Under the pieces are notes generated by a model that did not search any database, was not told the origin of the DNA, and was given only the letters and a program-made list of their open reading frames with translations. Of a stretch of DNA of 64,000 nucleotides, positions 28,974 through 40,712 are shown piece after piece. This stretch comes from an uncultured Chloroflexia bacterium. Lineage in GTDB: Bacteria; Chloroflexota; Dormibacteria; Aeolococcales; Aeolococcaceae. The position numbers and the translations under genes are program-made. The stretch's first letter is position 1, and the number at the start of each line of letters is the position of its first letter. The stretch lies in NCBI GenBank assembly GCA_963697585.1, contig CAVOOO010000009.1, positions 151,295-215,294 on the forward strand, read 5' to 3'.

Positions 28974-30261
28974 ATGAGCGTGCTGCCGCCGCTCGGCCCC
29001 CCCGGCCACGACCCCGTCTCCGAGCAGTACGAGCACGGCCGGGAGCTGCTCGGGGTGGCCCCCGAGCTCGACGCCATCGACCTGGTCCAGCTCGACGACC
29101 AGACCATGGAGCTGAACATGGGGCCCCAGCACCCCTCCACCCACGGCGTGCTCCGCCTGGTGCTGGACCTGGACGGCGAGATCGTGCGCGGCTGCCGGCC
29201 GGACATCGGCTTCCTGCACACCGGCTTCGAGAAGGACTTCGAGCGGCACAACTACCAGCAGTGCATCCCCTACACGGACCGGATGGACTACCTCTCGCCG
29301 CTCAGCAACAACCTCGGCTTCTCCCTGGCGGCGGAGCGGCTGCTGGGCATCGAGGTCCCGCCTCGGGCGCAGTACCTGCGGGTGATCATGTGCGAGCTGG
29401 CCCGGATCGCCAGCCACCTGATCTGGTACGGGACCAGCGCCCTCGACCTCGGCGCCACCACCCCCTTCGTCTACGCCTGGCGGGAGCGGGAGAAGATCCT
29501 GGACATCAACGAGCTGGTGAGCGGGGTGCGGATGCACACCTCGTTCATCCGGGTGGGGGGGCTGCTCGCCGACGTGCCCGACGAGTTCTACGCCCTGGTC
29601 GCCGAGGTGGCCAAGACCTTCCCCCACCACATCGACGAGTACGAGACCCTGATCACCGGCAACCCCATCTTCCGGGAGCGGACCCGAGGGCTGGGGGTGA
29701 TCAGCCCCGAGGACGCCATCAACTACGGGGTCACCGGGCCGTCGCTGCGGGGCAGCGGGGTCGCCTACGACCTGCGCAAGGCGGTTCCCTACAGCTCCTA
29801 CGACCACTTCGACTTCGACGTGCCGATCGGCGAGCGGGGCGACATCTACGACCGCTACCTGGTGCGGATGGCGGAGATGCGCCAGTCGCTCCGGATCATC
29901 GACCAGGCGCTGGAGGGCCTGCCCGGTGGCCCGGTCAACACCAGCGACCGCCAGGTCGCGCTGCCGCCGCGCAACGAGATCAACACCAGCATGGAGTCGC
30001 TGATCCGCCACTTCAAGCTGGTGACCGAGGGATTCCGGGTGCCCCGCGGCACCGTCTACCAGGCGGTCGAGTTCCCCACGGGGAGAGCTGGGCTTCCTGC
30101 TGGTGAGCGACGGGACCAACCGGCCCTACCGCTGCAAGGTGCGGGCCCCCTCCTTCAGCAACCTCAGCGCCCTGCCCCACATGGCGGTGGGCGAGATGCT
30201 CCCCGACCTGGTGGCGGTCATCGGCTCCATCGACATCGTCCTCGGGGACGTCGACCGATGA
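28974..30261 (+). pseudogene. nuoD: NADH-quinone oxidoreductase subunit D, single-base frameshift as assembled (possible assembly artefact)
   Basis: NMGPQHPSTHGVLRL and the rest of NuoD are in frame up to AVE (30069-30071). Removing one T at 30072/30073 gives [29 protein letters not shown]...[11 protein letters not shown] ending at 30261. The uncorrected ORF runs to 30302 with a nonsense tail. Confidence 0.85.
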
Positions 30262-30301
30262 ACGGCCTGCGCAGCGCCGGCCGCCTCCGGGGGAGCCTCT
30301 G

Positions 30302-30853
30302 ATGCCCGTGCTCACCTCCGAGACCCGCGCCGAGATCGAGAGGCAGCGCGACCGCTATCCGCAGCCGCGCAGCGCGGTGCTGCCCTCGCTCTGGGCGGTG
30401 CAGCACCAGCTCGGCTACCTGAGCCCGGAGGGGATGGCCGAGGTGGCCGAGCTGCTCCGGATCACCCCCAGCGAGGTCGAGGCGGTGGCCAGCTTCTACT
30501 CCATGTACTTCGACCACCCGGGCGGGCGCCACCACGTGCTGGTCTGCATCAACGTCTCCTGCGCCCTGCGCGGCTCCGACGAGATCGTCTCCCACCTGGA
30601 GGGACGGCTCGGCTGCCCCTCGGGCGGGACCACGGCCGATGGGGAGTTCACCTGGGAGCAGACGGTCGAATGCCTGGGCGCCTGCGGCGGCGCGCCCGCC
30701 ATGCAGGTGGACCACCACTTCCAGGAGAACCTCACCCCGGAGCGGGTCGACGCCATCCTCGACGAGGTGCGCGCCGCGCCGGCATCCGAACCGGATGGCG
30801 CTTCCGCGGGCCACGCCCCCGCCGCCGCCCGGGCCCGCAGGGCGGGTCGCTGA
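30302..30853 (+). CDS. nuoE: NADH-quinone oxidoreductase subunit E
   Basis: VLPSLWAVQHQLGYLS, ASFYSMY, VCINVSCALRG...CLGACGGAPAMQV (2Fe-2S cysteines). Confidence 0.9.
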   Translation: MPVLTSETRAEIERQRDRYPQPRSAVLPSLWAVQHQLGYLSPEGMAEVAELLRITPSEVEAVASFYSMYFDHPGGRHHVLVCINVSCALRGSDEIVSHLEGRLGCPSGGTTADGEFTWEQTVECLGACGGAPAMQVDHHFQENLTPERVDAILDEVRAAPASEPDGASAGHAPAAARARRAGR

Positions 30854-32156
30854 TGGCCGAGCACCGCCTCCTCACCAAGGACTTCGGGACCGACGGCCTC
30901 CAGACCCTCGACGTCTACGAGCGCTGCGGCGGCTACGAGGGACTGCGCAAGGCGCTGCGCAGCCTCACCCCCGACGAGCTGGTGGCCGAGGTCAAGACCA
31001 GTGGCATCCGGGGCCGCGGCGGCGCCGGCTTCCCCACCGGGATGAAGTGGTCCTTCCTCCCCAAGGACATCCACCCCCGCTACCTCTGCGTCAATGCCGA
31101 CGAGTTGGAGCCCGGCTGCTTCAAGGACCGGGCCCTGATCGACGAGAACCCGCACCAGCTCATCGAGGGGACCCTGATCGCCGCCTACGCGATCCAGGCG
31201 CCGATCGCCTTCATCTACATCCGCGGCGAGTACCACGACCAGCGGCTGCTGCTGGAGCGCTGCGTCGAGGAGGCGCGGGCCGCCGGCTACATCGGCCGGG
31301 GGATCCTGGGCTCCGACTTCAGCTGCGACGTCATCGTCCACGGCGGCGCCGGCGCCTACATCTGCGGCGAGGAGACGGCGCTCATCGACTCCCTGGAGGG
31401 GCTGCGCGGGCAGCCCCGGCTCAAGCCACCCTTCCCGGCGGTCAAGGGCCTGTACGGCAAGCCGACCGTCGTCAACAACGTGGAGACGCTCTCCAACCTC
31501 CCTCACATCGTGCTCCGCGGCGGCGCCTGGTTCGCCTCGGTGGGCACCGAGAAGAGCACCGGGACCCGGCTCTTCTGCTGCAGCGGGCACATCAACCGCC
31601 CCGGCACCTACGAGATGGCCCTGGGCACCCCGATCCGCGAGCTGCTCGAGGAGGAGTGCCGCGGGGTCTGGAGGGGCCGCTCCCTCAAGGCCTTCCAGCC
31701 CGGCGGCGGCTCGATGCAGGTGCTCCTCCCCGAGCATCTCGACCTTCCGCTGGACATGGACGCGGTCTCCAAAGCCGGATCCGCGCTCGGCGCCGGCGCC
31801 ATGGTCTTCATGGACGAGACCACCTGCATGGTGGACGTCTCCATGCGCCTGGTCGACTTCTACCAGCACGAGTTCGTGCGGCAAGTGCGCCCCCTGCCGC
31901 GAGGGCACCTACTTCGAGGCCGACCTGATGCACCGGCTGGAGCGCGGTGAGCTGAGCAGCGCCGAGCTGACCACCCTCAGCGACATCTGCGACAACATGA
32001 ACGGCAAGTGCTTCTGCCCGCTGGGCGACACCGCCACCTGGTTCGTGATGTCGGCGTATCAGGCGTTCCGCGACGAGTTCGAGGAGCACTGCGGGGCGGG
32101 CGGCTGCCCGGTCAAGCGGCGCAACCAGCAGCCCGTGCCCGCTGGCGAGAGCGCCG

Positions 32157-32164
<8 letters not shown>
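30853..32164 (+). pseudogene. nuoF: NADH-quinone oxidoreductase subunit F, single-base frameshift as assembled (possible assembly artefact)
   Basis: GRGGAGFPTGMKW, ICGEETALIDSLEG in frame 1 up to YQHE. Removing one T at 31873/31874 restores SCGKCAPCREGTYFEADLMHRLERGE...CPLGDTA (the N3 cluster cysteines) ending at 32164. Confidence 0.85.
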
Positions 32165-34108
<1,944 letters not shown>

Positions 34109-34112
<4 letters not shown>

Positions 34113-35194
34113 TCGCCTCCGCCTGGTGGGAGTACTTCATCGGCCCCGACTGGTGGTGGGTGATCCTGGTCAAGGCGGTCATCGTCCTGCTCTTCCTGAT
34201 CACCGCCGGCGCCTACCTCACCCTGGCCGAGCGCAAGGTGGCGGCGCGCATCCAGCTGCGGATCGGCCCCAACCGGGTGGGACCCCTCGGCCTCCTCCAG
34301 CCCCTCGCCGACGCGGTCAAGCTGCTCTTCAAGGAGAACACCGCGCCGTCGGGCCGCGACAAGCTGCTCTACCTGATCGCCCCCGGCCTGGCCGGGGCGG
34401 CGGCGATGTTCGCCTTCGCGGCCATCCCCATCAGCGCGGTCAACTGCATCGGCGGTCCGTCGATCGGCGAGGCTCAGCTCACCTGCCCGTCGGGGTACGC
34501 GCTCCACTGGGACATCGCCCACGTCAACGTCGGCCTCCTCTTCATCCTCGCGGTCACCTCGCTGGGCGTCTACTCGCTCTTCCTGGGCGGCTGGTCGGCC
34601 AACAGCAAGTACTCGCTGTTCGGCGGGCTGCGCTCCTCGGCGCAGCTCATCTCCTACGAGATGGCGGTCGCCTTCGCGCTGATCGGACCCGTGATCCTGG
34701 CCGGCTCCCTCGACATGGAGCAGATCGTCAGCAACCAGCACCACCTCTGGTACGTCTTCCTCCAGCCGCTCGCCTTCCTGCTCTACTTCGTCGGGGCCCT
34801 GGCGGAGACCAACCGCGCGCCCTTCGACCTGCCCGAGGCGGAGACCGAGCTGGTCGGCGGTTACCACACCGAGTACGGGTCGATGCGCTTCGCCTTCTAC
34901 TTCCTCGGCGAGTACATCAACATGGTGATCGTCGCCTCCATCGCCACCACGCTCTTCCTGGGCGGGTGGCTCTCCCCGCTGCCCACCAGCTGGGTGATCG
35001 TCGGCTGGATCCCCGGGGTGATCTGGTACCTGATCAAGGTGGCGGTGCTCATCTTCGTGATGATGTGGGTCCGCTGGACCCTCCCCCGGCTGCGCTACGA
35101 CCGGCTCATGAACCTGGGCTGGAAGATGCTGCTCCCGCTCGGCCTGGTGAACATCATGATCACCGGGACCCTGGTCGCCCTGAGGGCCGGCTGA
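34109..35194 (+). CDS. nuoH: NADH-quinone oxidoreductase subunit H
   Basis: YLTLAERKVAARIQLRIGPNRVGPLGLLQPLADAVKL...ETNRAPFDLPEAE.ELV.GYHTEY. Confidence 0.9.
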
Positions 35195-36054
35195 TGTTCC
35201 GCGAGATCGCCCAGGGGCTGAGCCTGACGCTCCGCAGCATGTTCAAGAAGCCGATCACGGTGCAGTGGCCGGAGGAGCAGAGGCTGGTGCCGCCGCGCCA
35301 CCGCGGCCGCCACATCCTCCACCGCTACGACAACGGCCTGGAGAAGTGCATCGGCTGCGAGCTCTGCGCCGCCGCCTGCCCGGTCGGCTGCATCTACGTG
35401 GGGCCCGCCGAGAACCCGAAGGACCACCCGATCAGCCCCGGCGAGCGGTATGCCGAGCGCTACGAGATCAACCTGATGCGCTGCATCTACTGCGGCTACT
35501 GCGCGGAGGCCTGCCCCACCGAGGCGATCACCCTCGGGCCCCGCTACGACCTGGCCGACTACCGGCGCGAGCACACCGTGGTCACCAAGGCGGAGCTGCT
35601 CGAGGCCTGGCCGAACTTCGAGCAGGGGCGCGGACCGATCGCGCCGCGCGGCGCCGGCTCGGACCAGCGCGGTCGCGAGCTCCCGGAGATGGGGGTCGAC
35701 CCGCGGGTGGCCTGGGGGGTGGCCCAGGCGGCGCGGGGCGACACCACCACGCTGCCCGGCGGTCACGGCATCGCCAGCCGGCCGCCCACCATCGCGGCGC
35801 CGGCGCCGAGGGGCGAGAGCGAAGCGGTCGAGGTTGCCACGCGGGCCGCCGGGCTGGAGGTCGCCGCTGCCAACCCGGTCGCCGGTGACGATCCAGCCGC
35901 CGGTGACGACCCAGCCGCCGCTGCCAACCCAGCGGCCGGTGGCCTCCCGCCGGTCACCGGCGAGGGCGATGCGGTGACGGCGAGCCCTGACGCCGCACCG
36001 CCCGAGGGCCCGGAGCCCGGCACCCCGGCCAGGCCGCGGAGGCGCCGGTCGTGA
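35194..36054 (+). CDS. nuoI: NADH-quinone oxidoreductase subunit I with ~130-aa Ala/Pro/Gly-rich C-terminal extension
   Basis: TGATG overlap with nuoH. Two 4Fe-4S motifs, CIGCELCAAACP and CIYCGYCAEACP. 286 aa in total. Confidence 0.85.
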   Translation: MFREIAQGLSLTLRSMFKKPITVQWPEEQRLVPPRHRGRHILHRYDNGLEKCIGCELCAAACPVGCIYVGPAENPKDHPISPGERYAERYEINLMRCIYCGYCAEACPTEAITLGPRYDLADYRREHTVVTKAELLEAWPNFEQGRGPIAPRGAGSDQRGRELPEMGVDPRVAWGVAQAARGDTTTLPGGHGIASRPPTIAAPAPRGESEAVEVATRAAGLEVAAANPVAGDDPAAGDDPAAAANPAAGGLPPVTGEGDAVTASPDAAPPEGPEPGTPARPRRRRS

Positions 36055-36767
36055 ACGCGCTGATGGCGGCGCTGCTGATCCTGATCGCGATCTCGGCCCT
36101 CGGGGTGGTGTTCTCGCCCCAGACCATCTACTCGGCGCTCTCCCTGGTGCTGACCGTCGGGCTGCTGGCGGCGATCTTCCTGGTGCTCAACGCCCAGTTC
36201 CTCTTCGCGGTGCAGCTGATCGTCTACGCCGGGGCGGTGATGGTGCTCTTCGTCTTCATCATCGCCCTGCTCGACCCGGCCTCCGAGGAGCGCCCCCGGC
36301 TCGCCGACCCCCGGCTGATCCTCGGGGTGCTGGCCATCGCCGGGATCTGCACCGCGGTCTTCATCGCGGCCCGCAACGGGATCACCTACGCCACCTCCTG
36401 CACCACCCAGGCTGCCTCCTGCATGCACGGCTACACGGTGGGCAGCCTGGCGGCGAGCGGCGCCGCCGGCGCCGACCCCTACAACACCTTCGGCTTTCCC
36501 CAGAACGGGGTGGACCAGGCGGGCAACGTCCAGGTGCTCGCCAACCAGCTGTTCCACACCTACGTGCTTCCCTTCGAGATCACCTCGCTGCTGCTGCTGG
36601 TGGCCGCGATCGGCGCCGTCTACCTCACCCGCCGCACCCGGACCGGGATCCGTCGCGACCCGCGGATCCCGGAGAGCTGGAGCGACGACCTGATGGAGCG
36701 CGCCGAGCCCCCCGTCCCGACCGTCCCCGCGGCCGCCGGGGCACCGGTGGCCGAGGCGCGATCCTGA
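36051..36767 (+). CDS. nuoJ: NADH-quinone oxidoreductase subunit J
   Basis: GTGA overlap with nuoI. LFAVQLIVYAGAVMVLFVFIIALL. Confidence 0.85.
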   Translation: MNALMAALLILIAISALGVVFSPQTIYSALSLVLTVGLLAAIFLVLNAQFLFAVQLIVYAGAVMVLFVFIIALLDPASEERPRLADPRLILGVLAIAGICTAVFIAARNGITYATSCTTQAASCMHGYTVGSLAASGAAGADPYNTFGFPQNGVDQAGNVQVLANQLFHTYVLPFEITSLLLLVAAIGAVYLTRRTRTGIRRDPRIPESWSDDLMERAEPPVPTVPAAAGAPVAEARS

Positions 36768-37078
36768 TGCTCTCCCAGGCGATCTTCCCGTGGATCCTGC
36801 TCACCGCCGCGTTCCTCTTCACCCTGGGGGCCCTGGGGGTGCTGATCCGGCGCAACCCGCTGGTCGTCTTCATGTGCATCGAGCTGATGCTCAACGCCGT
36901 CAACCTGGCGCTGGTCGGCTACTCCAGCTTCCTCAGCAGCGAGGAGGGACAGGTCTTCGCCTTCATGGTGATCGTGGTGGCCGCCGCCGAGGTGGTGGTC
37001 GGGCTCGGCCTGCTGACCCGGGTCTTCAGCATCGGTCGCGAGCTGGACGTCGACGACCTCGACGAGATGAAGCGATGA
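36767..37078 (+). CDS. nuoK: NADH-quinone oxidoreductase subunit K
   Basis: 103 aa. MCIELMLNAVNLALV...VVAAAEVVVGLGLL. Confidence 0.9.
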   Translation: MLSQAIFPWILLTAAFLFTLGALGVLIRRNPLVVFMCIELMLNAVNLALVGYSSFLSSEEGQVFAFMVIVVAAAEVVVGLGLLTRVFSIGRELDVDDLDEMKR

Positions 37079-37091
37079 GGTCGACCGGGCG

Positions 37092-39113
37092 ATGAGCACC
37101 TCGACCGCCGCCCTGCTCGCCGGGCTGGTGCTGCTCTTCCCGCTCGCCGGCAGCGCGCTCTGCGGGCTGCTCGGGCCGGTGCTCGGCCGGCGCTTCGTCA
37201 ACCTGGCCGGCACCCTCTCGATCGGAGCCGCCTTCGCGGTCACCCTGGTCATCTTCGCGGAGGTCCTGGGGGCGGCCTCGGGCCACCAGGCGGTGACCGC
37301 CACCCTCTGGAACTGGCTGAACCTCGGCAGCGGCAACCTCAACGTCTCGGTGGACGTCACCATCGACCAGCTCTCGGTGCTGATGCTGCTGGTGATCACC
37401 GGAGTGGGGCTGCTGATCCACGTCTACTCGGTCGGCTACATGGAGCACGACGAGGGGGTGGCGCGGTTCTTCAGCTACATGAACTTCTTCATCTTCTCGA
37501 TGGTGCTGCTGGTGCTGGCCGCCGACCTGGTGATCCTGATCATCGGCTGGGCGGCGGTGGCGCTCTCCAGCTACCTGCTGATCGGCTTCTGGTACGAGCG
37601 CGAGAGCGCGGTGCTGGCCGCCCGCAAGGCGTTCATCACCCAGGTGATCGGCGACGTCGCCCTGGTGATCGCCGCCTTCCTGATCTTCGTGAACCTCAAG
37701 ACGCCGCAGATACCCACATATCACGGCGCCGCCATCGCCATCGTCGCTCCGCTGCCGGCCCAGCACGCTTACACCCTGAGCCTGCCCCAGATCTTCGCCA
37801 ACGCCGGCTCGCTGGGCACGGGGACCCCGCTGATCACCCTGATCTGCATCCTGCTCGCGGTCGCCGCCTTCGCCAAGTCGGCCCAGTTCCCCCTGCACAC
37901 CTGGCTGCCCGACGCCATGGAGGGCCCCACCCCGGTCTCGGCCCTGATCCACGCGGCCACCATGGTGACCGCCGGCGTCTACCTGATCGCCCGCTTCCAC
38001 CCGCTCTTCGACCGGGCCCCGATCGCGGCCGGGATGGTGGCGTTCGTGGGCATGGGCACGGCCCTGATGGCCGGCTTCATCGCCCTCTCCCAGGTCGACA
38101 TCAAGCGGGTGATCGCCTACTCCACGATGTCCCAGATCGGCCTGATGATCTTCGCGGTGGGGATCGGCGCCTACGCCGCCGGGATGTACCAGTTCCTGCT
38201 CCACGCCTTCTTCAAGGCGCTCCTCTTCCTCGCCGCCGGCAACGTGATCCACGCCGTCCACGACGAGCAGGACATCCGCGAGATGGGCGGCCTGGACTCC
38301 CGGATGAGGGTGACCGCCTGGAGCTTCCTGGTGGGGTCGCTGGCGCTGGCCGGCTTCCTCTTCGCGGGAATGTTCTCCAAGGAGGACCTGCTCGGCTTCG
38401 GTCTGATCAACGGCCCCGGCTCGCCGGCCCTCTACATCGTCGGCATCGCCGTCAACGTGCTCACCGGTCTCTACGCCTTCCGCCTCTACGGCAGGGTCTT
38501 CCGCGGCGAGCCGAACTCCGACCGCGCCCGCGAGGCGCACGAGGCCCCCTCGGTGATGCTCTGGCCGGTGGTCATCCTCGCCGGGCTCTCGGCGGTGGCG
38601 GGCTGGGCCCTGCAGTGGCCGGTGAGCTTCGGACCGCACCTCATCAACGACTTCCTCAACCCCGTCTTCACCAGCGCCGGCAGCGGGCCGATCGCCAGGG
38701 AGCCCGGCACCGGCCTGGGCCTGATCGGCTTCTTCATCGGCCTGGTCTGCAGCCTGATCGGGATCGGGATCGCCATCCGGATCTGGGTGCGCCGCGATCT
38801 CGACCCGTCACGCGCGCTGGCGCGGCCGGGGCTGCGCCTGCTGCCCCGGCTCTCCTTCCACAAGCTCTACTTCGACGAGCTCTACGACCTGATGCTGGTC
38901 CGCCCCACCCGGGCGGTGGCGCGCGGGCTCCGCCGGGCCGGGGACCCGGTGATGGACAGCTGGATCAAGGGGCTCTCGGACGTGGCCACCGACTTCAGCG
39001 CCGCCTTCCGGACGGCTCAGACCGGGATGATCCGGGACTACGCCTCGTACATGGTCCTCTTCGTCCTGATCTTCACCATCGCCGTGATGGTGGCCGCGGG
39101 GATCGCGAAATGA
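37092..39113 (+). CDS. nuoL: NADH-quinone oxidoreductase subunit L
   Basis: 673 aa. AKSAQFPLHTWLPDAMEGPTPVSALIHAATMVTAGVYL. Confidence 0.9.
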   Translation: MSTSTAALLAGLVLLFPLAGSALCGLLGPVLGRRFVNLAGTLSIGAAFAVTLVIFAEVLGAASGHQAVTATLWNWLNLGSGNLNVSVDVTIDQLSVLMLLVITGVGLLIHVYSVGYMEHDEGVARFFSYMNFFIFSMVLLVLAADLVILIIGWAAVALSSYLLIGFWYERESAVLAARKAFITQVIGDVALVIAAFLIFVNLKTPQIPTYHGAAIAIVAPLPAQHAYTLSLPQIFANAGSLGTGTPLITLICILLAVAAFAKSAQFPLHTWLPDAMEGPTPVSALIHAATMVTAGVYLIARFHPLFDRAPIAAGMVAFVGMGTALMAGFIALSQVDIKRVIAYSTMSQIGLMIFAVGIGAYAAGMYQFLLHAFFKALLFLAAGNVIHAVHDEQDIREMGGLDSRMRVTAWSFLVGSLALAGFLFAGMFSKEDLLGFGLINGPGSPALYIVGIAVNVLTGLYAFRLYGRVFRGEPNSDRAREAHEAPSVMLWPVVILAGLSAVAGWALQWPVSFGPHLINDFLNPVFTSAGSGPIAREPGTGLGLIGFFIGLVCSLIGIGIAIRIWVRRDLDPSRALARPGLRLLPRLSFHKLYFDELYDLMLVRPTRAVARGLRRAGDPVMDSWIKGLSDVATDFSAAFRTAQTGMIRDYASYMVLFVLIFTIAVMVAAGIAK

Positions 39114-40712
39114 GCGGCTTCCCCTGGCTCACCGCCGTCGTGGTGCTCCCGGTCGCCGGGGCGATGGTTCTCCAGGTGATCCCCGGGAAGGCCTCCGGTC
39201 CGATCAAGGCGGTGACCGCCGTCTTCGCGGCGGCGGAGGCGGTCCTGGTCGGGATGATCGTCTTCGCGGTGGCGACCGGCGCCGCCGACGGCGGCGGGCC
39301 GCTGCCGATGCACCTGGTCGAGCAGGCCAGCTGGATCCCCGCCATCGGGGCCTCGTACCACCTCGGCGTGGACGGCATCTCGGCGTGGATCCTCGCCCTC
39401 AACGCCGGCGTCTTCCTGCTCGGCGCGGTGGTGGTGCCCCGCCACTCCACCGAGCGGATGAAGCTCTTCTGCGGGCTGCTGCTGCTCGCCGAGGCGGCCA
39501 CCACCGGGGTCCTGGTCAGCCTCGACCTGCTCCTCTTCTACCTCTTCTGGGAGGGGATGCTGATCCCCCTCTACTTCCTGCTCGCCTTCTACGGGAACGA
39601 GAACCGGGGCCGGGCGACCCTCAAGTTCGTGATCTACACCGTGGCCGGCAGCCTGCTGATGCTGCTCGCGATCATCTACCTGCACTTCCAGGCGCTCAAC
39701 GCCGGCCACAACAGCTTCGACCTGGAGGTGCTGCTCTCCACCCCGGCGCCGACCCAGACCGGGGTGCCGCTGCCCTTCACCACGGTCCCGACCCTGACCC
39801 CGGCGATGTTCGCCTTCCTCGCCTTCGCGCTCGCCTTCGCGATCAAGCTCCCGATCGTCCCGTTCCACACCTGGCTGCCCGACCTCTACGAGTTCGGCGC
39901 CGGCCCCGGTGCTGGTGTTCTTCGCCGGGGTGGTCAGCAAGATGGGGGCGTACGGATTCATCCGCTATGCGATCACCCTCTTCGGACCCCAGGCCCACCA
40001 GCTCCAGCCGCTGCTGGTGGCGCTGGCCATCCTCGGCATCCTCTACGGGGCGCTGATGGCCCTGAGCCAGACCGACCTCAAGCGGATCGTCGCCTACGCC
40101 AGCCTCTCCCACCTCAGCTTCATCGCGCTCGGCATCTTCAGCCTGGATCAGAACGGCATCAACGGCGCGGTGATCCAGATCGTCAACCACGGGATCATCA
40201 TCGCCGGGCTCTTCCTGGTGGTCGGGGTGGTCGAGGCCAGGACCGGGACCCGCGACATCCGCGAGCTGGGCGGGCTCCAGAAGCGGATGCCCTGGCTCTA
40301 CGTCCTCTTCATGGTGATCACCCTGGGCAGCCTCGGTCTGCCCGGGACCAACGGCTTCGTCGGCGAGATCACCATCATGCTGGGCGCCTTCCAGTACTTC
40401 TGGCTGCTCGCGGTGCTCGCCGGCATGGGCGTGCTGCTCGCCAGCTGGTACATGCTCCGCATGCACCAGGGGATGATGCACGGGCCGGTCCGGCCGGTCA
40501 CCGAGAGGGTGAGCGACCTGCGCTTCCGCGACGGCCTGGTGCTGGCGCCGCTGGCCGCGCTGATCGTCTTCCTCGGGGTCTTCCCGCACCCGGTCGGCGC
40601 TGTGACCGCGCAGGCGGTGCCGGGGTACGTGACCCTGGCCGACTCCGGAGCCCTCAGCACCACGCCGCCGGTGGCGGCGGTCGCCACGTCGCCGCCGGGG
40701 GTGGCGCCGTGA
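39110..40712 (+). pseudogene. nuoM: NADH-quinone oxidoreductase subunit M, single-base frameshift as assembled (possible assembly artefact)
   Basis: ATG at 39110 overlaps the nuoL stop. In frame to [17 protein letters not shown]. Removing one T at 39893/39894 continues [24 protein letters not shown]... to 40712. Confidence 0.85.
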
